Source of the DNA: Arsukibacterium sp.
GTDB taxonomy: Bacteria > Pseudomonadota > Gammaproteobacteria > Enterobacterales > Alteromonadaceae
Assembly (NCBI RefSeq): GCF_041616895.1
Contig: NZ_JBFJPY010000005.1
Coordinates: forward strand, 1,401 to 65,400
Direction of reading: 5' to 3'
DNA length: 64,000 nucleotides
The translations under genes and the position numbers were made by a program. How positions within the stretch are numbered: the stretch's first letter is position 1; the number at the start of each line of letters is the position of its first letter. This document shows positions 12,501-23,054 of the stretch, piece by piece. The notes under the pieces were generated by a model. The model was not told where the DNA came from. It was given only the letters and a program-made list of their open reading frames with translations, and made no database searches.

Positions 12501-12645
12501 TAACTTCTACAGAGGGAAACATTTGCCGTTGCATGGTGGCATAGGTCACCAGCCCCATCACAACAATAAACACCATCAGTAAATTAGCGGCAACACTGTT
12601 GCGGGCAAACCAGGCAATAATGCCTTTATCAGGATTATAAGGCAT
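9526..12645 (-). CDS. RND efflux permease (AcrB/AcrD/AcrF family)
   Basis: 1039 aa, ARNSVAANLLM, GIVVDDAIV in TM4, RFRAILLTSLTT. Confidence 0.93.
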   Translation of the reverse strand: MPYNPDKGIIAWFARNSVAANLLMVFIVVMGLVTYATMQRQMFPSVEVNYIHVSATFRGAAPQEIEEGILIKIEEALTDIEGIKRYRSNAWRGGGRVSIELVPGTDISSRLDQVKLKMDAISTFPSAMEPLTIYQVEWRQDAVNLVLTGTEDQLALKAMGRQIKNELLQLENISFVDFDAMPAWEIGIEIEPATLERYNISLQDISRAITQHSDNVSAGMIRSDAGMITIRSEQRAYRADEFAVLPIITGPQGEQIQLGDIATIYDGFEERINYMRYDGKPAAFMAVKASATQSLPDVAASVKQYVEFKNTQLQGDYQLHSLVDMTYYLNGRLNMMWSNLLQGAVLVFLMLMLFLRFKVAFWVMLGLPIAFLGAIWLMPFAGVTINIISLFAFIMVLGIVVDDAIVIGESAYHETELQGHSVDNIIRGAQRVATPATFGVLTTMAVFAPFMLGNSIEANEFKVISIVVVCCLFFSLVESKLILPAHLAHTKLTPVPENGWRMRFNKRFQGFIERRYQPFLQACMAHRYVTLGVFFGILLSGFGLISANHIRTVMTPPVPHDYPEIRFEMHQNASEQQSLAILQQLEQLVYQQEAAVVEQTGKPMIKHVMAWLNNQTSGTVLVTLVDEEERPIKAFEMGRRWRESLPELAGVRTIQVRDDLFSGGEQRELGYRLFGTDIDQLNAAGHALISELSNIPGVYDLGSSIDSGSKELNLELKPLAHQLGLTPTWLAQQVGYSFYGIEAQRMIRDGDEVRVMVRYPKEQRQQVASLQHTRLKLPTGEFVMLGDVAEIAEIPGISRINREAGFRNVRIEASVDQQQVTTSEVVKLVRTDIMPDLLERFPGVKSELGGQIEEQQKQRNQMLLYMIAGLLLVYILLAIPLKSYSQPVIIMSVIPFGMTGALWAHFFLGFDLSLFSFFGMIAAAGVVINDSLVFTDYVNQARDRGLTLKESIISAGSMRFRAILLTSLTTFFGLVPIMFETSLQAQFVIPMAISLSFAVLFATLITLILVPCFYVILEDVKNLFRRRKQKVLLKRQALD

Positions 12646-12648
12646 GAT

Positions 12649-13791
12649 TTACTCCGCTTTTACCAGCTCGCTGTCGCTTGGTGCAGTGCGCACCGCCATC
12701 CCCGGTTGCGGGAAATTGGGTACCGTTAAGATAAGCTGCTGGCCATCGGTTAAACCCGCTTTGACATAAGCAAATTTACCCGATTGCCGAACCACCTCCA
12801 CCTCTTGCTGAGCCATCGTCATATCCGGTTGTAAAAGCCAGACTTTGCCATCGGACAACGCGTCTTGCGGAATCGTGTAGAGCTTATCTTCAACCCGACC
12901 GGCCAGACGCACCTCCACATACTGACCAAATCGGATAACCGGTTGCTGGCTGCGCACGGCATAGGGGTCGTCAAGTTGCACCACCAGATGGCTCATTCGG
13001 GTCTGGCTGTCCACCAATCCCAAATCACGCACTACCTTCGCTTCGCGGCTCACCTGTTCAGTTCTTAACTGCGCCGGAATACCTGCGCGCTCTGTCGGTA
13101 AATAAGCCAGATCAAAACTGGCAACAGGAACATAAAGCTCTGCCTGCTCAACACTGTACAGTTCGCCCAACGCGGTGCCCGTGCTGACCACCTGCCCCAA
13201 ACCAATGTTACGATTGACGACCAGAGCATCATAAGGCGCGGTAATCCGGGTTCTTTCTAAATCACGCTTTGCTTTCTGCAGCGATGCCTTAGCAGATTTT
13301 AACGCGGCTTCTGCGCTGAGTAACTGAGGTTGGCGTAATGCTAACGCGGTAATTTGATCTCGGGATAAATGGCGCAATTCCTGCTCAGCCACCCGGGCTT
13401 GCGCCTGCTCCTGAGAAAGTGCAGATTCGGCACTGGCAACAGCAGCCTCAGCACTGAGTAAGGCCACCTGATAGTCTGCCTCATCCAGCTGCACCAGCAC
13501 TGTGCCTTTAGTTATAACGCCGCCGGCAATAAAGTTCGGGTTTAAAGCGATAACCCGGCCCGACACCTCAGGGGTTAAGGTGGTTTTTTCTTTGGGTTTT
13601 ACTTCGGCCCAGAGTTGCAGCTCAAAACGATGGGGCTGTGCCTGCAATGGTTGAGTAACGACCAATGGCGCCAGCGATCCTGACTTCTCTTTTTGTAACG
13701 GTGGTTTGGCGGTAGCTTGTATTACAATAAACACCACAATTGCCAAGCCAAATACGCCTGCCGCAAACAATCCCTTCTGCCACGTTTTCAT
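12649..13791 (-). CDS. RND periplasmic adaptor (membrane fusion protein)
   Basis: Start MKTWQK at 13791. N-terminal anchor, PEVSGRV lipoyl motif, alpha-hairpin, TRITAPYDALV. Lies 3 bp upstream of the permease. Confidence 0.9.
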   Translation of the reverse strand: MKTWQKGLFAAGVFGLAIVVFIVIQATAKPPLQKEKSGSLAPLVVTQPLQAQPHRFELQLWAEVKPKEKTTLTPEVSGRVIALNPNFIAGGVITKGTVLVQLDEADYQVALLSAEAAVASAESALSQEQAQARVAEQELRHLSRDQITALALRQPQLLSAEAALKSAKASLQKAKRDLERTRITAPYDALVVNRNIGLGQVVSTGTALGELYSVEQAELYVPVASFDLAYLPTERAGIPAQLRTEQVSREAKVVRDLGLVDSQTRMSHLVVQLDDPYAVRSQQPVIRFGQYVEVRLAGRVEDKLYTIPQDALSDGKVWLLQPDMTMAQQEVEVVRQSGKFAYVKAGLTDGQQLILTVPNFPQPGMAVRTAPSDSELVKAE

Positions 13792-13888
13792 TAATCCGCT
13801 CCATCGCTGCTGGTCATTATCTACCATAGCAAAGTGGAGGTAAAAAGACAGCGGGAAACTGTTAGCAAATATAAACTGGTGCAGCAGC

Positions 13889-13922
13889 AAAAAAGGATTG
13901 CCTAGTATTAGCTAGGCAATCC
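13889..13922 (-). terminator. Intrinsic terminator downstream of the decarboxylase
   Basis: GGATTGCCTAG-TATTAG-CTAGGCAATCC hairpin preceded by A6 on the plus strand (U-tract on minus). Confidence 0.8.
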
Positions 13923-13950
13923 CGTACGCAGTCTCAATTTCAGATAGAGA

Positions 13951-16206
13951 CTACTCCTTTACCACATCAATAAAGTACTGACTTTCCCCTGCCACGGTTT
14001 CTCGTACCAGACCATGTACATCGGTTTCAAACCCCGGGAACTGGCCGTTAAAGGCGCGGGTAAACTTCAGGTAGTTGATAATAGTGCCGTTAAAACGCTC
14101 GCCCGGCACCATTAGCGGAATACCCGGAGGGTAAGGTGTGACTAACATGGCGGTTACCCGGCCGGCGATATCATCAATAGACACCCGCTCAATTTCTCGG
14201 TGGGCCATTTTGGCCCAGGCATCGGCCGGGGTCATGGCGGTTTCAATGGTCGACAGATACATTTCAGTGGTCACTTTTGCCACGTCAAACTGGCGGTAGA
14301 TATTGTGAATTTGCTGACATAAATCGCGCAGACCCACTTTTTCATAGCGAGGGTTCTTGGCCACAAATTCCGGCATAATGCGCCACATCGGCAAGTTCTG
14401 ATCGTAGTCGTCTTTAAACTGCTGCAGCTCAGTAACCATCGAGTTCCAGCGACCCTTGGTAATACCAATAGTAAACATAATAAAGAACGAATACAGACCG
14501 GTTTTCTCAATAATAATACCGTGCTCTGCCAGATATTTGCTGACGATAGTGGCTGGTATGCCCTGCTCGTCAAACTGACCCAGCATATTCAGGCCAGGGG
14601 TAATAATGGTTGCTTTAATCGGGTCTAGAATATTAAAGCCCGACTCTATTGGCCCAAAGCCATGCCAGCTGTCAGTGGCGTGTAGCACCCAGTTATCGCG
14701 CTCGCCTATGCCCTCTTCCGGCAAATGCTCGGGGCCCCATACTTTAAACCACCAGTCATCATCACCAAATTCGGCATCTACTTTGCGCATCGCACGGCGA
14801 AAATCCATAGCTTCAAATAAACTTTCTTCTACCAGCGAGGTGCCGCCCGGCGCTTCCATCATGGCAGCGGCCACATCGCAGCTGGCGATAATGGCATACT
14901 GCGGGCTGGTTGAGCTGTGCATTAAGTAGGATTCGTTAAAGCGATGGGTATCCAGATTGCGGTTAGTGGCGTTTTGCACCAGAATTTGTGAGGCTTGCGA
15001 TAAGCCAGCCAGCAACTTATGGGTGGACTGGGTCGCGAATACCAGGGTTTCATCTGAGCGTGGCCGGTCTTTACCTATCGCATGCATATTTTTATAAAAA
15101 TCGTGGAAGCTGGCGTGCGGTAACCAGGCTTCGTCAAAATGCAGGGTGTCGATGGTCGAGCCCAGTTCCTGTTTAATTTCTTCTACGTTATATAAAATAC
15201 CGTCATAAGTACTTTGAGTAATGGTTAAAATACGCGGCTTTTTATTCTTAGCATTTCGGGCAAATGGGTTGGCTTCTATTTTTTTAGCAATGGCCTCAGG
15301 TGAAAACTCACTTTTAGGAATGGGGCCAATAATGCCGTAATGGTTTCGGGTTGGCATTAAAAATACCGGAATAGCGCCGGTCATAATAATCGAATGTAAA
15401 ATGGATTTATGGCAATTGCGATCTACCACCACGATATCGCCCGGCGCCACCACTGAGTGCCAGACCATTTTATTCGAGGTAGAAGTACCGTTGGTGACAA
15501 AAAACAGATGGTCGGCATTAAAAATACGGGCAGCGTTCTGCTCGCTTTGCGCTACCGGGCCGGTATGGTCCAGCAACTGACCTAATTCATCAACCGAATT
15601 ACAGACATCGGCCCGCAGCATGTTTTCGCCAAAAAACTGGTGAAACATCTGGCCAACCGGGCTTTTTAAGAAGGCCACACCGCCCGAGTGCCCCGGGCAA
15701 TGCCAGGAATACGAGCCGTCTGAGGCATAATCCATCAACGCGTTGAAAAACGGCGGCGCTAACGCATCTAAGTATTTTTGCGCTTCGCGGATAATATGCC
15801 GGGCAACAAATTCCGGCGTATCTTCAAACATATGAATAAAGCCGTGCAGCTCGCGCAATACGTCATTAGGAATATGGCGGCTGGTGCGGGTTTCACCGTA
15901 TAAGAATATCGGAATATCGGCGTTACGTTTACGTACCTCTTTGACAAAAGCCCGCAGCTCAGTCAGCGCGGTAATCACGTCAGCATCACTGCCGCTACCA
16001 AACTCTTCATCATCTATCGATAAAATAAAGCACGACGCACGACTAGCCTGCTGGGCAAAAGCGGTTAAATCGACGTAGCTGGTATAACCGACCACCTCAA
16101 AACCATGGCTGCCGATAGCCTGGGCAAGATCACGAATACCCGAGCCGGAAATATTTTCTGAACGGAAATCTTCATCAATCACGATAACCGGGAAACGAAA
16201 CTTCAT
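13951..16206 (-). CDS. Fold-type I PLP-dependent lysine/arginine/ornithine decarboxylase (long form with wing domain)
   Basis: 751 aa. SWHCPGHSGG, FVTNGTSTSNK, DRNCHKS, HFDEAW, PLP lysine QSTHK, C-terminal PYPPGIP. The substrate cannot be assigned from sequence alone. Confidence 0.92.
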   Translation of the reverse strand: MKFRFPVIVIDEDFRSENISGSGIRDLAQAIGSHGFEVVGYTSYVDLTAFAQQASRASCFILSIDDEEFGSGSDADVITALTELRAFVKEVRKRNADIPIFLYGETRTSRHIPNDVLRELHGFIHMFEDTPEFVARHIIREAQKYLDALAPPFFNALMDYASDGSYSWHCPGHSGGVAFLKSPVGQMFHQFFGENMLRADVCNSVDELGQLLDHTGPVAQSEQNAARIFNADHLFFVTNGTSTSNKMVWHSVVAPGDIVVVDRNCHKSILHSIIMTGAIPVFLMPTRNHYGIIGPIPKSEFSPEAIAKKIEANPFARNAKNKKPRILTITQSTYDGILYNVEEIKQELGSTIDTLHFDEAWLPHASFHDFYKNMHAIGKDRPRSDETLVFATQSTHKLLAGLSQASQILVQNATNRNLDTHRFNESYLMHSSTSPQYAIIASCDVAAAMMEAPGGTSLVEESLFEAMDFRRAMRKVDAEFGDDDWWFKVWGPEHLPEEGIGERDNWVLHATDSWHGFGPIESGFNILDPIKATIITPGLNMLGQFDEQGIPATIVSKYLAEHGIIIEKTGLYSFFIMFTIGITKGRWNSMVTELQQFKDDYDQNLPMWRIMPEFVAKNPRYEKVGLRDLCQQIHNIYRQFDVAKVTTEMYLSTIETAMTPADAWAKMAHREIERVSIDDIAGRVTAMLVTPYPPGIPLMVPGERFNGTIINYLKFTRAFNGQFPGFETDVHGLVRETVAGESQYFIDVVKE

Positions 16207-16222
16207 CAGTTAATCCTTGCTA

Positions 16223-17707
16223 TTAATCTTTTTTGGCGACTTTCTGCCGCGCCTTCATTAAACGCTCGCGCTTGTATTTTTGCAGCGCCGTCTCAGTATT
16301 TTTCTTGGTCGGGGTAAAGGGGTTCTCTCCTTCCCGGAACTCAACCCGCACCGGCGTGCCCATCATTTGCAGCGCTTTACGATAGTAATTCATTAAATAG
16401 CGCTTATAAGAGTCCGGCAGGTCTTTGACCTGGTTACCGTGAATGACAATTATCGGTGGGTTGTAACCACCTGCATGAGCATATTTCAGTTTAACCCGCC
16501 GCCCATGCACCATCGGGGGCTGGTGATCTTCCTGGGCCATTTTCATAATGCGGGTTAACAGCGAGGTGCTGACCCGTTTGGTCGCAGAATCAAACGCTTC
16601 TTCCACCGACTCGAATAAATTGCCCACACCAGAGCCATGCAGCGCTGAGATAAAATGCAAACGGGCAAAGTCGATAAAACCTAAGCGGCGATCCAACTCG
16701 CGTTTTACTTCATCTTTAATGCTGTCGTTCAAACCATCCCACTTGTTAACGGCAATAACCAGAGATCGGCCAGCATTGAGCGCAAAACCTAGAATACTTA
16801 AATCCTGATCAGAGATACCTTGCTGAGCATCCAGTACCAGCAATACCACATTGGCTTCTTCAATCGCTTGCAGCGTTTTAATTACTGAGAACTTTTCCAC
16901 CATGTCGTCAATTTTGCCACGCCGACGTACACCCGCTGTGTCTATTAACGTATAGTTGCGCTCGTTCCGCTGCATCGGAATAAATACCGAGTCGCGCGTT
17001 GTGCCAGGCATATCAAACACCACCACCCGCTCTTCACCTAAAATACGGTTGGTCAGGGTTGATTTTCCTACGTTGGGACGGCCAACTATGGCCAACTTAA
17101 TATGCTCGCTGCGTAGCCGGGCCGCTTCAGCGTCGGCCTGTTCTTCGGTCAACGTTTCCAGCGCCGGGCCAGTGTCGTTCTCTGCCTTCCCCTCAGCGTC
17201 TGATTTTATGCTGTCAGCAAGAAAGGGTAATAATGCATGATTTAATAATGACGAAACCCCCCGGCCGTGCGCCGCTGCGATCGGGTACACTTCGCCTATG
17301 CCCAGGCTGTAAAAGTCGGCCACCGCAGTATCTGCATCTAAGCCATCGGTTTTATTGGCCACCAGAAATACCGGTTTTTCCAGACGTCGAATATGATCGG
17401 CAATTGCACCGTCACCTACGGTAGCGCCAGCACGGGCGTCAACCATAAACAACACCACATCTGCTTCGTCAATGGCTTTTAACGATTGCTCCGCCATTTC
17501 CACTTCAATGCCTTGCTCGTGGCCATCGATACCACCGGTATCCACCACAATAAACTCCAGTCCCTCGAAATTGACTGAACCATATTTACGATCCCGGGTT
17601 AACCCCGGAAAATCTGCAACCAGAGCGTCACGGGTGCGGGTTAAACGATTAAACAACGTGGATTTGCCAACATTGGCGCGCCCCACCAGGGCCACTACAG
17701 GTAACAT
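16223..17707 (-). CDS. der: Ribosome biogenesis GTPase Der
   Basis: Two G domains ([16 protein letters not shown]), DTGG/DTAG, C-terminal KH-like domain. Confidence 0.98.
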   Translation of the reverse strand: MLPVVALVGRANVGKSTLFNRLTRTRDALVADFPGLTRDRKYGSVNFEGLEFIVVDTGGIDGHEQGIEVEMAEQSLKAIDEADVVLFMVDARAGATVGDGAIADHIRRLEKPVFLVANKTDGLDADTAVADFYSLGIGEVYPIAAAHGRGVSSLLNHALLPFLADSIKSDAEGKAENDTGPALETLTEEQADAEAARLRSEHIKLAIVGRPNVGKSTLTNRILGEERVVVFDMPGTTRDSVFIPMQRNERNYTLIDTAGVRRRGKIDDMVEKFSVIKTLQAIEEANVVLLVLDAQQGISDQDLSILGFALNAGRSLVIAVNKWDGLNDSIKDEVKRELDRRLGFIDFARLHFISALHGSGVGNLFESVEEAFDSATKRVSTSLLTRIMKMAQEDHQPPMVHGRRVKLKYAHAGGYNPPIIVIHGNQVKDLPDSYKRYLMNYYRKALQMMGTPVRVEFREGENPFTPTKKNTETALQKYKRERLMKARQKVAKKD

Positions 17708-17779
17708 TCAGTCAACCTCAGAAATAAGAAAACAGGCCCATTCAGGCCTGTTCCTTCAGTTATATGCCTAGAGTGCCCG

Positions 17780-18955
17780 TTAAGGCACTTGTAATAAGAC
17801 TAGCTCACCATTGCGGCTTGTCACTAATATATAGTTTTCGTTTGCCACCGGCTCGTTGTAAAAGCCTGAGCCATCCATGCTTTGCCGGGCAACAAAATCA
17901 CCGGTTTCACGGTTTAACCAATGCAGGTTACCTTTATTGTCACCTACCACCAGATAATCTTTATACACGGTTGGTCCGGTTAAAAAATGCCGTTGTAAGC
18001 CCTGCTGGCCCCATATTTCACTGCCATTTCGTCGATCGACAGCATAAATACCGCCAGTGGAATCTACCAGGTATAAGGTAGTGCCTGCGACAGTCATATT
18101 GCGAAAGCTGGCATAATCGCGCTTCCATAGCTGACGACCACTACGCAGCTCCATTGCCACCAACTCACCGTTAAAAGCAATGGTGTACAAGGTACCAGCT
18201 ATCACAATAGGTTTAGCATCAACATCAACCAGTCGTGATAAGTCAGTACTGCCTTGCGGCGTAGCAATGGCTTCTTCCCATGCCTGATAACCGCGCTCAG
18301 CTATTAACACGCCAACCCGGCCGGTGCCACTACCGTATAATACGCCACCAGCCTCAATAACAGGCTCACTCAGGCCACGGATGGTTAGCGCGGGCTGCTC
18401 ATCTTCAAATATCCAGCGCTGCTCGCCCGTTGCCGGGTCAAGCGCGATCAGATTCCCCGCAGTGGTGGCAACAACGACCAACCCCTCACCTGCAGCCGGG
18501 CTGACCAGCACTTCACCTTTTACCGGCACCCGCCACAACAGCTGACCGTCTTGGGCATTTAACGCAAATACTTCACCGTCTTCGGTACCGAGGTACAATT
18601 TATTGTCATTAAAAGTAACGCCACCGGCTATCCGGGCGGTATCACTGCTAAAGCGTGAAAACAATGAACTTTTACCTTCATTGCGTAAATCGAAGCTCCA
18701 TAAGGTACGACCATTGCTCAGGTTTTTCGCTACCACGATGCCATCACGACTGGCTGCATAGACGGTGTCATTGACAATAGCTGGCTTTAGCCCCGATTCG
18801 TAATGGCCAATGCCTTTACCCACTTTACTTTGCCAGACTTTTTGCGGCTTAATTGTGTTTTGCACTTCTGGCAGCACCAGCTTCTCTTTACTGGAACAGG
18901 CACCTAATGCCAGGGCTACCACAGCAACCACTGTTATTTTTCCGAATAATTTCAC
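17780..18955 (-). CDS. bamB: Outer membrane protein assembly lipoprotein BamB
   Basis: Lipobox LGAC, PQQ-like beta-propeller repeats, RLVDVDAKP. Conserved yfgM-bamB-der order. Confidence 0.95.
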   Translation of the reverse strand: MKLFGKITVVAVVALALGACSSKEKLVLPEVQNTIKPQKVWQSKVGKGIGHYESGLKPAIVNDTVYAASRDGIVVAKNLSNGRTLWSFDLRNEGKSSLFSRFSSDTARIAGGVTFNDNKLYLGTEDGEVFALNAQDGQLLWRVPVKGEVLVSPAAGEGLVVVATTAGNLIALDPATGEQRWIFEDEQPALTIRGLSEPVIEAGGVLYGSGTGRVGVLIAERGYQAWEEAIATPQGSTDLSRLVDVDAKPIVIAGTLYTIAFNGELVAMELRSGRQLWKRDYASFRNMTVAGTTLYLVDSTGGIYAVDRRNGSEIWGQQGLQRHFLTGPTVYKDYLVVGDNKGNLHWLNRETGDFVARQSMDGSGFYNEPVANENYILVTSRNGELVLLQVP

Positions 18956-18967
18956 GCCTACCCCTTG

Positions 18968-19597
18968 TTAACTGGCTGTAATATGGGCCAATTCATCCAG
19001 CTTTACCTGCAATAATGGCCGGCTTTGCTCACTACTGGCCAGCGCCTGCTGATACGCTGCTTTAGCCTTTGCTAATTCGCCGGTTAACTGCAGTACATCG
19101 CCTTTTAATTCTGCCTGCTGAGCCTCAAAGCTTGCCGGGACTGGCAGTGCTAACGTGGTCAAGGCGTCAGCATAGTTACCCTGCTCGCGCTGCACCCGGG
19201 CCAGTCGCAGTTGGGCAATTGCCTGCACCGGTGTATCTTTAGCGTTACTGATCACCCAGCTTAAGTGTTCTGCCGCCGTAGCCAGCTGCTGGTTATCTAT
19301 CGCTTCGCGTGCCGCCAGCAATGCCGCAAATACTGCATAGCTGGTATCACCCTGCGCATCAATAAACCCTTTAGCGCTGGCCAGCCAATCACTGCCTTCG
19401 CTTTGCTGTTGTTCCAGTAGCTGACTGTACTGAGCCGATACCTGCTCGGCCTGCTCACGCTGTTCAGCCTGAAAATAGCGCCAGCCATAAAGCCCGGCTA
19501 AGCCAATTACCACGCCGCCCAGAATAGCTTTACCATAATCGTTCCAAAAGCGTTTAATGGCTTCAACCTGTTGTTCTTCGCTACTGTAAATTTCCAA
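18968..19597 (-). CDS. yfgM: Ancillary SecYEG translocon subunit YfgM (TPR)
   Basis: MEIYSSEEQQVEAIKRFW, a single TM and TPR-like helices. Position between hisS and bamB. Confidence 0.92.
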   Translation of the reverse strand: MEIYSSEEQQVEAIKRFWNDYGKAILGGVVIGLAGLYGWRYFQAEQREQAEQVSAQYSQLLEQQQSEGSDWLASAKGFIDAQGDTSYAVFAALLAAREAIDNQQLATAAEHLSWVISNAKDTPVQAIAQLRLARVQREQGNYADALTTLALPVPASFEAQQAELKGDVLQLTGELAKAKAAYQQALASSEQSRPLLQVKLDELAHITAS

Positions 19598-19694
19598 TTT
19601 TACTACTCCGTAATATCCTGTCTAATCTGCTTAGCCACTTGCAGGTCTGAGAATTATTAACCTGCAAGCGATTGTTCAATCTGTGTATTTTAAT

Positions 19695-20969
19695 TTAAAC
19701 CGCTGCTGCCAGTAACTGTGGCAACGCTGTCAACGCTACCGTTTGTTGCGGTTTTTCCTGGCGCAGCCATTTTAAGGTTACTTCGCCGCGGGCCAGCTCA
19801 TCCTCACCTAAAATCAGCGCCAGTTCGGCACCTGACTTATCGGCACGTTTCATTTGCTTTTTCAGGTTGCCGCCGCCGCAGTGCAAGATAACACGTTTTA
19901 GCGCCAGCTCGCTACGCAGCTGTTGGGCAATACCAATGGCCGCAAGTTCCGCAGCTTCACCCATTGGCATAATATAAATATCTGCGGTTGCCTCTGGCAG
20001 GCTAACCAGTTGCAACGTTTGCAACAATAGCACCAGCCGCTCCATGCCAAGCGCAAAGCCCACTGCCGGTGTTGCTTTGCCACCCAGTTGTTCTACCAGG
20101 CCATCATAACGCCCGCCAGCACATACCGTACCTTGCGCGCCAAGTTCAGTGGTGACCCACTCAAATACCGTTTTATTGTAATAGTCGAGCCCCCGCACCA
20201 GGGTTGGATTGATGGTATAAGCAATACCAGCAGCATCGAGCCGGCGTTTTAACTGGCTGAAGTGCTCTGCAGAATCGGCGTCTAAATAATCGGCTAGCTG
20301 CGGGGCCCCAGCTATCACTGCGGCGAGTCCCGGGTTCTTGGTATCAAGCACCCGTAACGGATTGCTGTGCATGCGGCGCAGGCTATCTTCATCAAGTTGC
20401 GACTTGTGCTGCTCCAGATAGGCTACCAACGCTTCTCGGTAAGTTGCTCTGGCTTCATTTGACCCTAACGAATTCAGCTGCAAACTGACATAAGGTGTCA
20501 GCCCCAGTTGCTGCCATAAGTTAGCGGTTAGCATAATAACTTCAGCATCTATATCGCTGCTGGCAATACCAAAGGCTTCCAGGCCAAACTGATGAAACTG
20601 CCGATAACGGCCTTTTTGTGGACGTTCATGCCGGAACATCGGCCCCATATACCACAAGCGCTGTTCCTGATTGTACAATAAACCATGCTCGTTACCGGCC
20701 CTGACACAGCAGGCAGTACCTTCCGGCCGCAGGGTCAGGCTGTCACCATTGCGATCTGCAAAGGTGTACATCTCTTTTTCAACAATATCAGTGACTTCAC
20801 CAATAGATCGTTTAAACAGCTCGGTCATTTCAACGATAGGAAACCGGATCTCACTGTAGCCAAAGCGGGCTACTGTGCTGCGTAATACCTGCTCCAGATG
20901 CTGCCATAATGGCGTATCCTGTGGCAGGCAATCGTTCATGCCGCGTATTGCCTGAATATTTTTTGCCAA
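19695..20969 (-). CDS. hisS: Histidyl-tRNA synthetase
   Basis: [46 protein letters not shown]. Confidence 0.98.
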   Translation of the reverse strand: MAKNIQAIRGMNDCLPQDTPLWQHLEQVLRSTVARFGYSEIRFPIVEMTELFKRSIGEVTDIVEKEMYTFADRNGDSLTLRPEGTACCVRAGNEHGLLYNQEQRLWYMGPMFRHERPQKGRYRQFHQFGLEAFGIASSDIDAEVIMLTANLWQQLGLTPYVSLQLNSLGSNEARATYREALVAYLEQHKSQLDEDSLRRMHSNPLRVLDTKNPGLAAVIAGAPQLADYLDADSAEHFSQLKRRLDAAGIAYTINPTLVRGLDYYNKTVFEWVTTELGAQGTVCAGGRYDGLVEQLGGKATPAVGFALGMERLVLLLQTLQLVSLPEATADIYIMPMGEAAELAAIGIAQQLRSELALKRVILHCGGGNLKKQMKRADKSGAELALILGEDELARGEVTLKWLRQEKPQQTVALTALPQLLAAAV

Positions 20970-20997
20970 AATTAAATTCTCACTGCCATGCTTAAAA

Positions 20998-21033
20998 CCG
21001 GGCGATTATAAGAGGTGTTAACGAAAACACCAA
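20998..21033 (-). promoter_or_regulatory. Putative internal sigma-70 promoter for hisS
   Basis: Minus strand TTGGTG(21033-21028)-17 nt-TATAAT(21010-21005), followed by GC-rich CGCCCGG. Confidence 0.45.
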
Positions 21034-21045
21034 ACCGCAAGCGGG

Positions 21046-22158
21046 TTAATCCAGTTGTTTTATGCCAATTAACTGCTCACGTGCGACCAGATACTGCCGC
21101 ACCTGCTGCTCCAGTTGCTCAGCGATGTTGGTATTATCCAGTCGCAGTTTCTGGCGCTGACCATTTAAATAGAAGCCACTCTTGCGGTTAGCCCCGGCTA
21201 CTCCTAAATCTGAAATTAAAGCTTCGCCCGGACCATTTACCACACAGCCAATCACCGACACCGTTAAAGGCTCGACAATATCTTCCAGCCGTTGCTCCAG
21301 CTCGTTCATGGTTTTAATTACGTCGAATTCCTGACGCGAGCAGCTCGGGCAGGCAATAAAGTTAATACCGCGCTGGCGAATACGCAGTGATTTTAATATA
21401 TCGAAGGCGACCTTTACTTCTTCTACCGGATCGGCAGCCAGTGAGATCCGAAGTGTATCGCCAATACCCTCTGCAAGCAGCATCCCTAAGCCAATTGCCG
21501 ATTTAACTGCACCGGCCCGGGCACCGCCTGCCTCGGTAATACCTAAATGCAGAGGTTGCTTAATTTGTTTGGCCAGTAAACGGTAAGCGCCTACCGCGAG
21601 GAACACATCGGAGGCTTTTACGCTGACTTTAAATTGATCAAAATTAAGCCGGTCCAGAATATCAACATGACGCATTGCCGATTCCAGCAGGGCTTCCGGG
21701 GTAGGCTCCCTGTACTTTTCCTGAATATCGGCCTCTAACGAACCGCCATTGACGCCGATCCGAATTGGAATGTTATGATCACGGGCACTGTCCACTACCG
21801 CCCGGATCCGATCCTCCTTGCCGATGTTACCCGGGTTTATCCGCAGGCAATCTGCCCCGTACTCCGCCACTTTTAAGGCGATGCGATAGTCAAAATGAAT
21901 ATCGGCGACCAGCGGAATAGGTGACTGCTGCTTAATCAGCTTAAAGGCTTCTGCCGCTTCCATCGTCGGTACCGAGACACGCACCAAATCGGCGCCAGCA
22001 GCTGCAATGGCTCGAATTTGCGCCAGAGTGGCCTCGACATCTGTGGTTCGGGTGTTGGTCATCGATTGCACGGCAATAGGGGCATCGCCGCCAATTGCAA
22101 CGGTACCTACATGAATTTGAGTGCTCAGGCGTCGGGTAATAGGATTGTCAGCAAACAT
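21046..22158 (-). CDS. ispG: (E)-4-hydroxy-3-methylbut-2-enyl-diphosphate synthase
   Basis: [39 protein letters not shown]. Confidence 0.98.
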   Translation of the reverse strand: MFADNPITRRLSTQIHVGTVAIGGDAPIAVQSMTNTRTTDVEATLAQIRAIAAAGADLVRVSVPTMEAAEAFKLIKQQSPIPLVADIHFDYRIALKVAEYGADCLRINPGNIGKEDRIRAVVDSARDHNIPIRIGVNGGSLEADIQEKYREPTPEALLESAMRHVDILDRLNFDQFKVSVKASDVFLAVGAYRLLAKQIKQPLHLGITEAGGARAGAVKSAIGLGMLLAEGIGDTLRISLAADPVEEVKVAFDILKSLRIRQRGINFIACPSCSRQEFDVIKTMNELEQRLEDIVEPLTVSVIGCVVNGPGEALISDLGVAGANRKSGFYLNGQRQKLRLDNTNIAEQLEQQVRQYLVAREQLIGIKQLD

Positions 22159-22160
22159 GA

Positions 22161-23054
22161 TTAATCGGATTCCGCCAGGGTAAATTTTGCCACCCTGCCC
22201 GCAGGCAGCGATGACATATCAAAAGGTTTATTGTTTAGGGTGATCTTGACCACGCTAGGGTTACCCAGTGTTACTACAAAAGGCGCTTTGCCGGTCACGG
22301 TCATGGTATAGCCGGCCTCTTTAGTGCCGTAAGCGATACGGTTCCCCTCAGCATCCAGCACATCAATCCAGCAATTATCACTAAACGCCATGGTAATAAC
22401 ATCTGTCTCCAGCGCTAACGAACTTGGACTATTGCGCTCAGAAGTGCGGTCAACCACACTGTAGTCAGCCAACTCTGGATCAGTAACTGCCGCATTAATT
22501 TCTGGTTCAACGCCTGTTGTATCGCCAGTCGTTGGCGCTGCTGGCGTGCTTTGCTCCGCTGCGCTATCGCCAGTGCTGGCGTCAGCGTCAGTCGACGTTG
22601 CTGCTCTGTCAAGCTGCTCTGCGACAAACTGGGCAGTGGAATTTTCAGCTGCCGGCTCTGCAGTTTGCCACCACCACAACACCAGCATTAGCACTAAAAT
22701 AAAGCCCATGGCGTAGGTAATCCACATAAAGCGGTTTTCGGTGGCCTGAATTTCAGCACGATTTGAAAAAGTACGCATTGGTTTGGCCGGTTCAGCAGTG
22801 CCACCGTTTTGCTGCTCAAATGCAGACAATACCTGCTCTTCAGGTAACTTCACCAGCCGGGCGTAAGCGCGCAGATAGCCACGAACAAAGGTAACCAACA
22901 TGCTACTGTCGAGTTCATCCGCTTCGATCTGCTGCACCAGGTTAACCCGCAAATTCAGTTGCAATGCTACATCAGCAACACTGAGTTGCCGTTGCTCCCG
23001 GGCCTGACGTAATAACTGACCTGCGCTGAGTTCTGTCGCTTCTGTTGTCGTCAT
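22161..23054 (-). CDS. rodZ: Cytoskeleton protein RodZ
   Basis: N-terminal HTH ([10 protein letters not shown]...[10 protein letters not shown]), one TM, C-terminal DUF4115-like domain ([14 protein letters not shown]). Confidence 0.93.
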   Translation of the reverse strand: MTTTEATELSAGQLLRQAREQRQLSVADVALQLNLRVNLVQQIEADELDSSMLVTFVRGYLRAYARLVKLPEEQVLSAFEQQNGGTAEPAKPMRTFSNRAEIQATENRFMWITYAMGFILVLMLVLWWWQTAEPAAENSTAQFVAEQLDRAATSTDADASTGDSAAEQSTPAAPTTGDTTGVEPEINAAVTDPELADYSVVDRTSERNSPSSLALETDVITMAFSDNCWIDVLDAEGNRIAYGTKEAGYTMTVTGKAPFVVTLGNPSVVKITLNNKPFDMSSLPAGRVAKFTLAESD

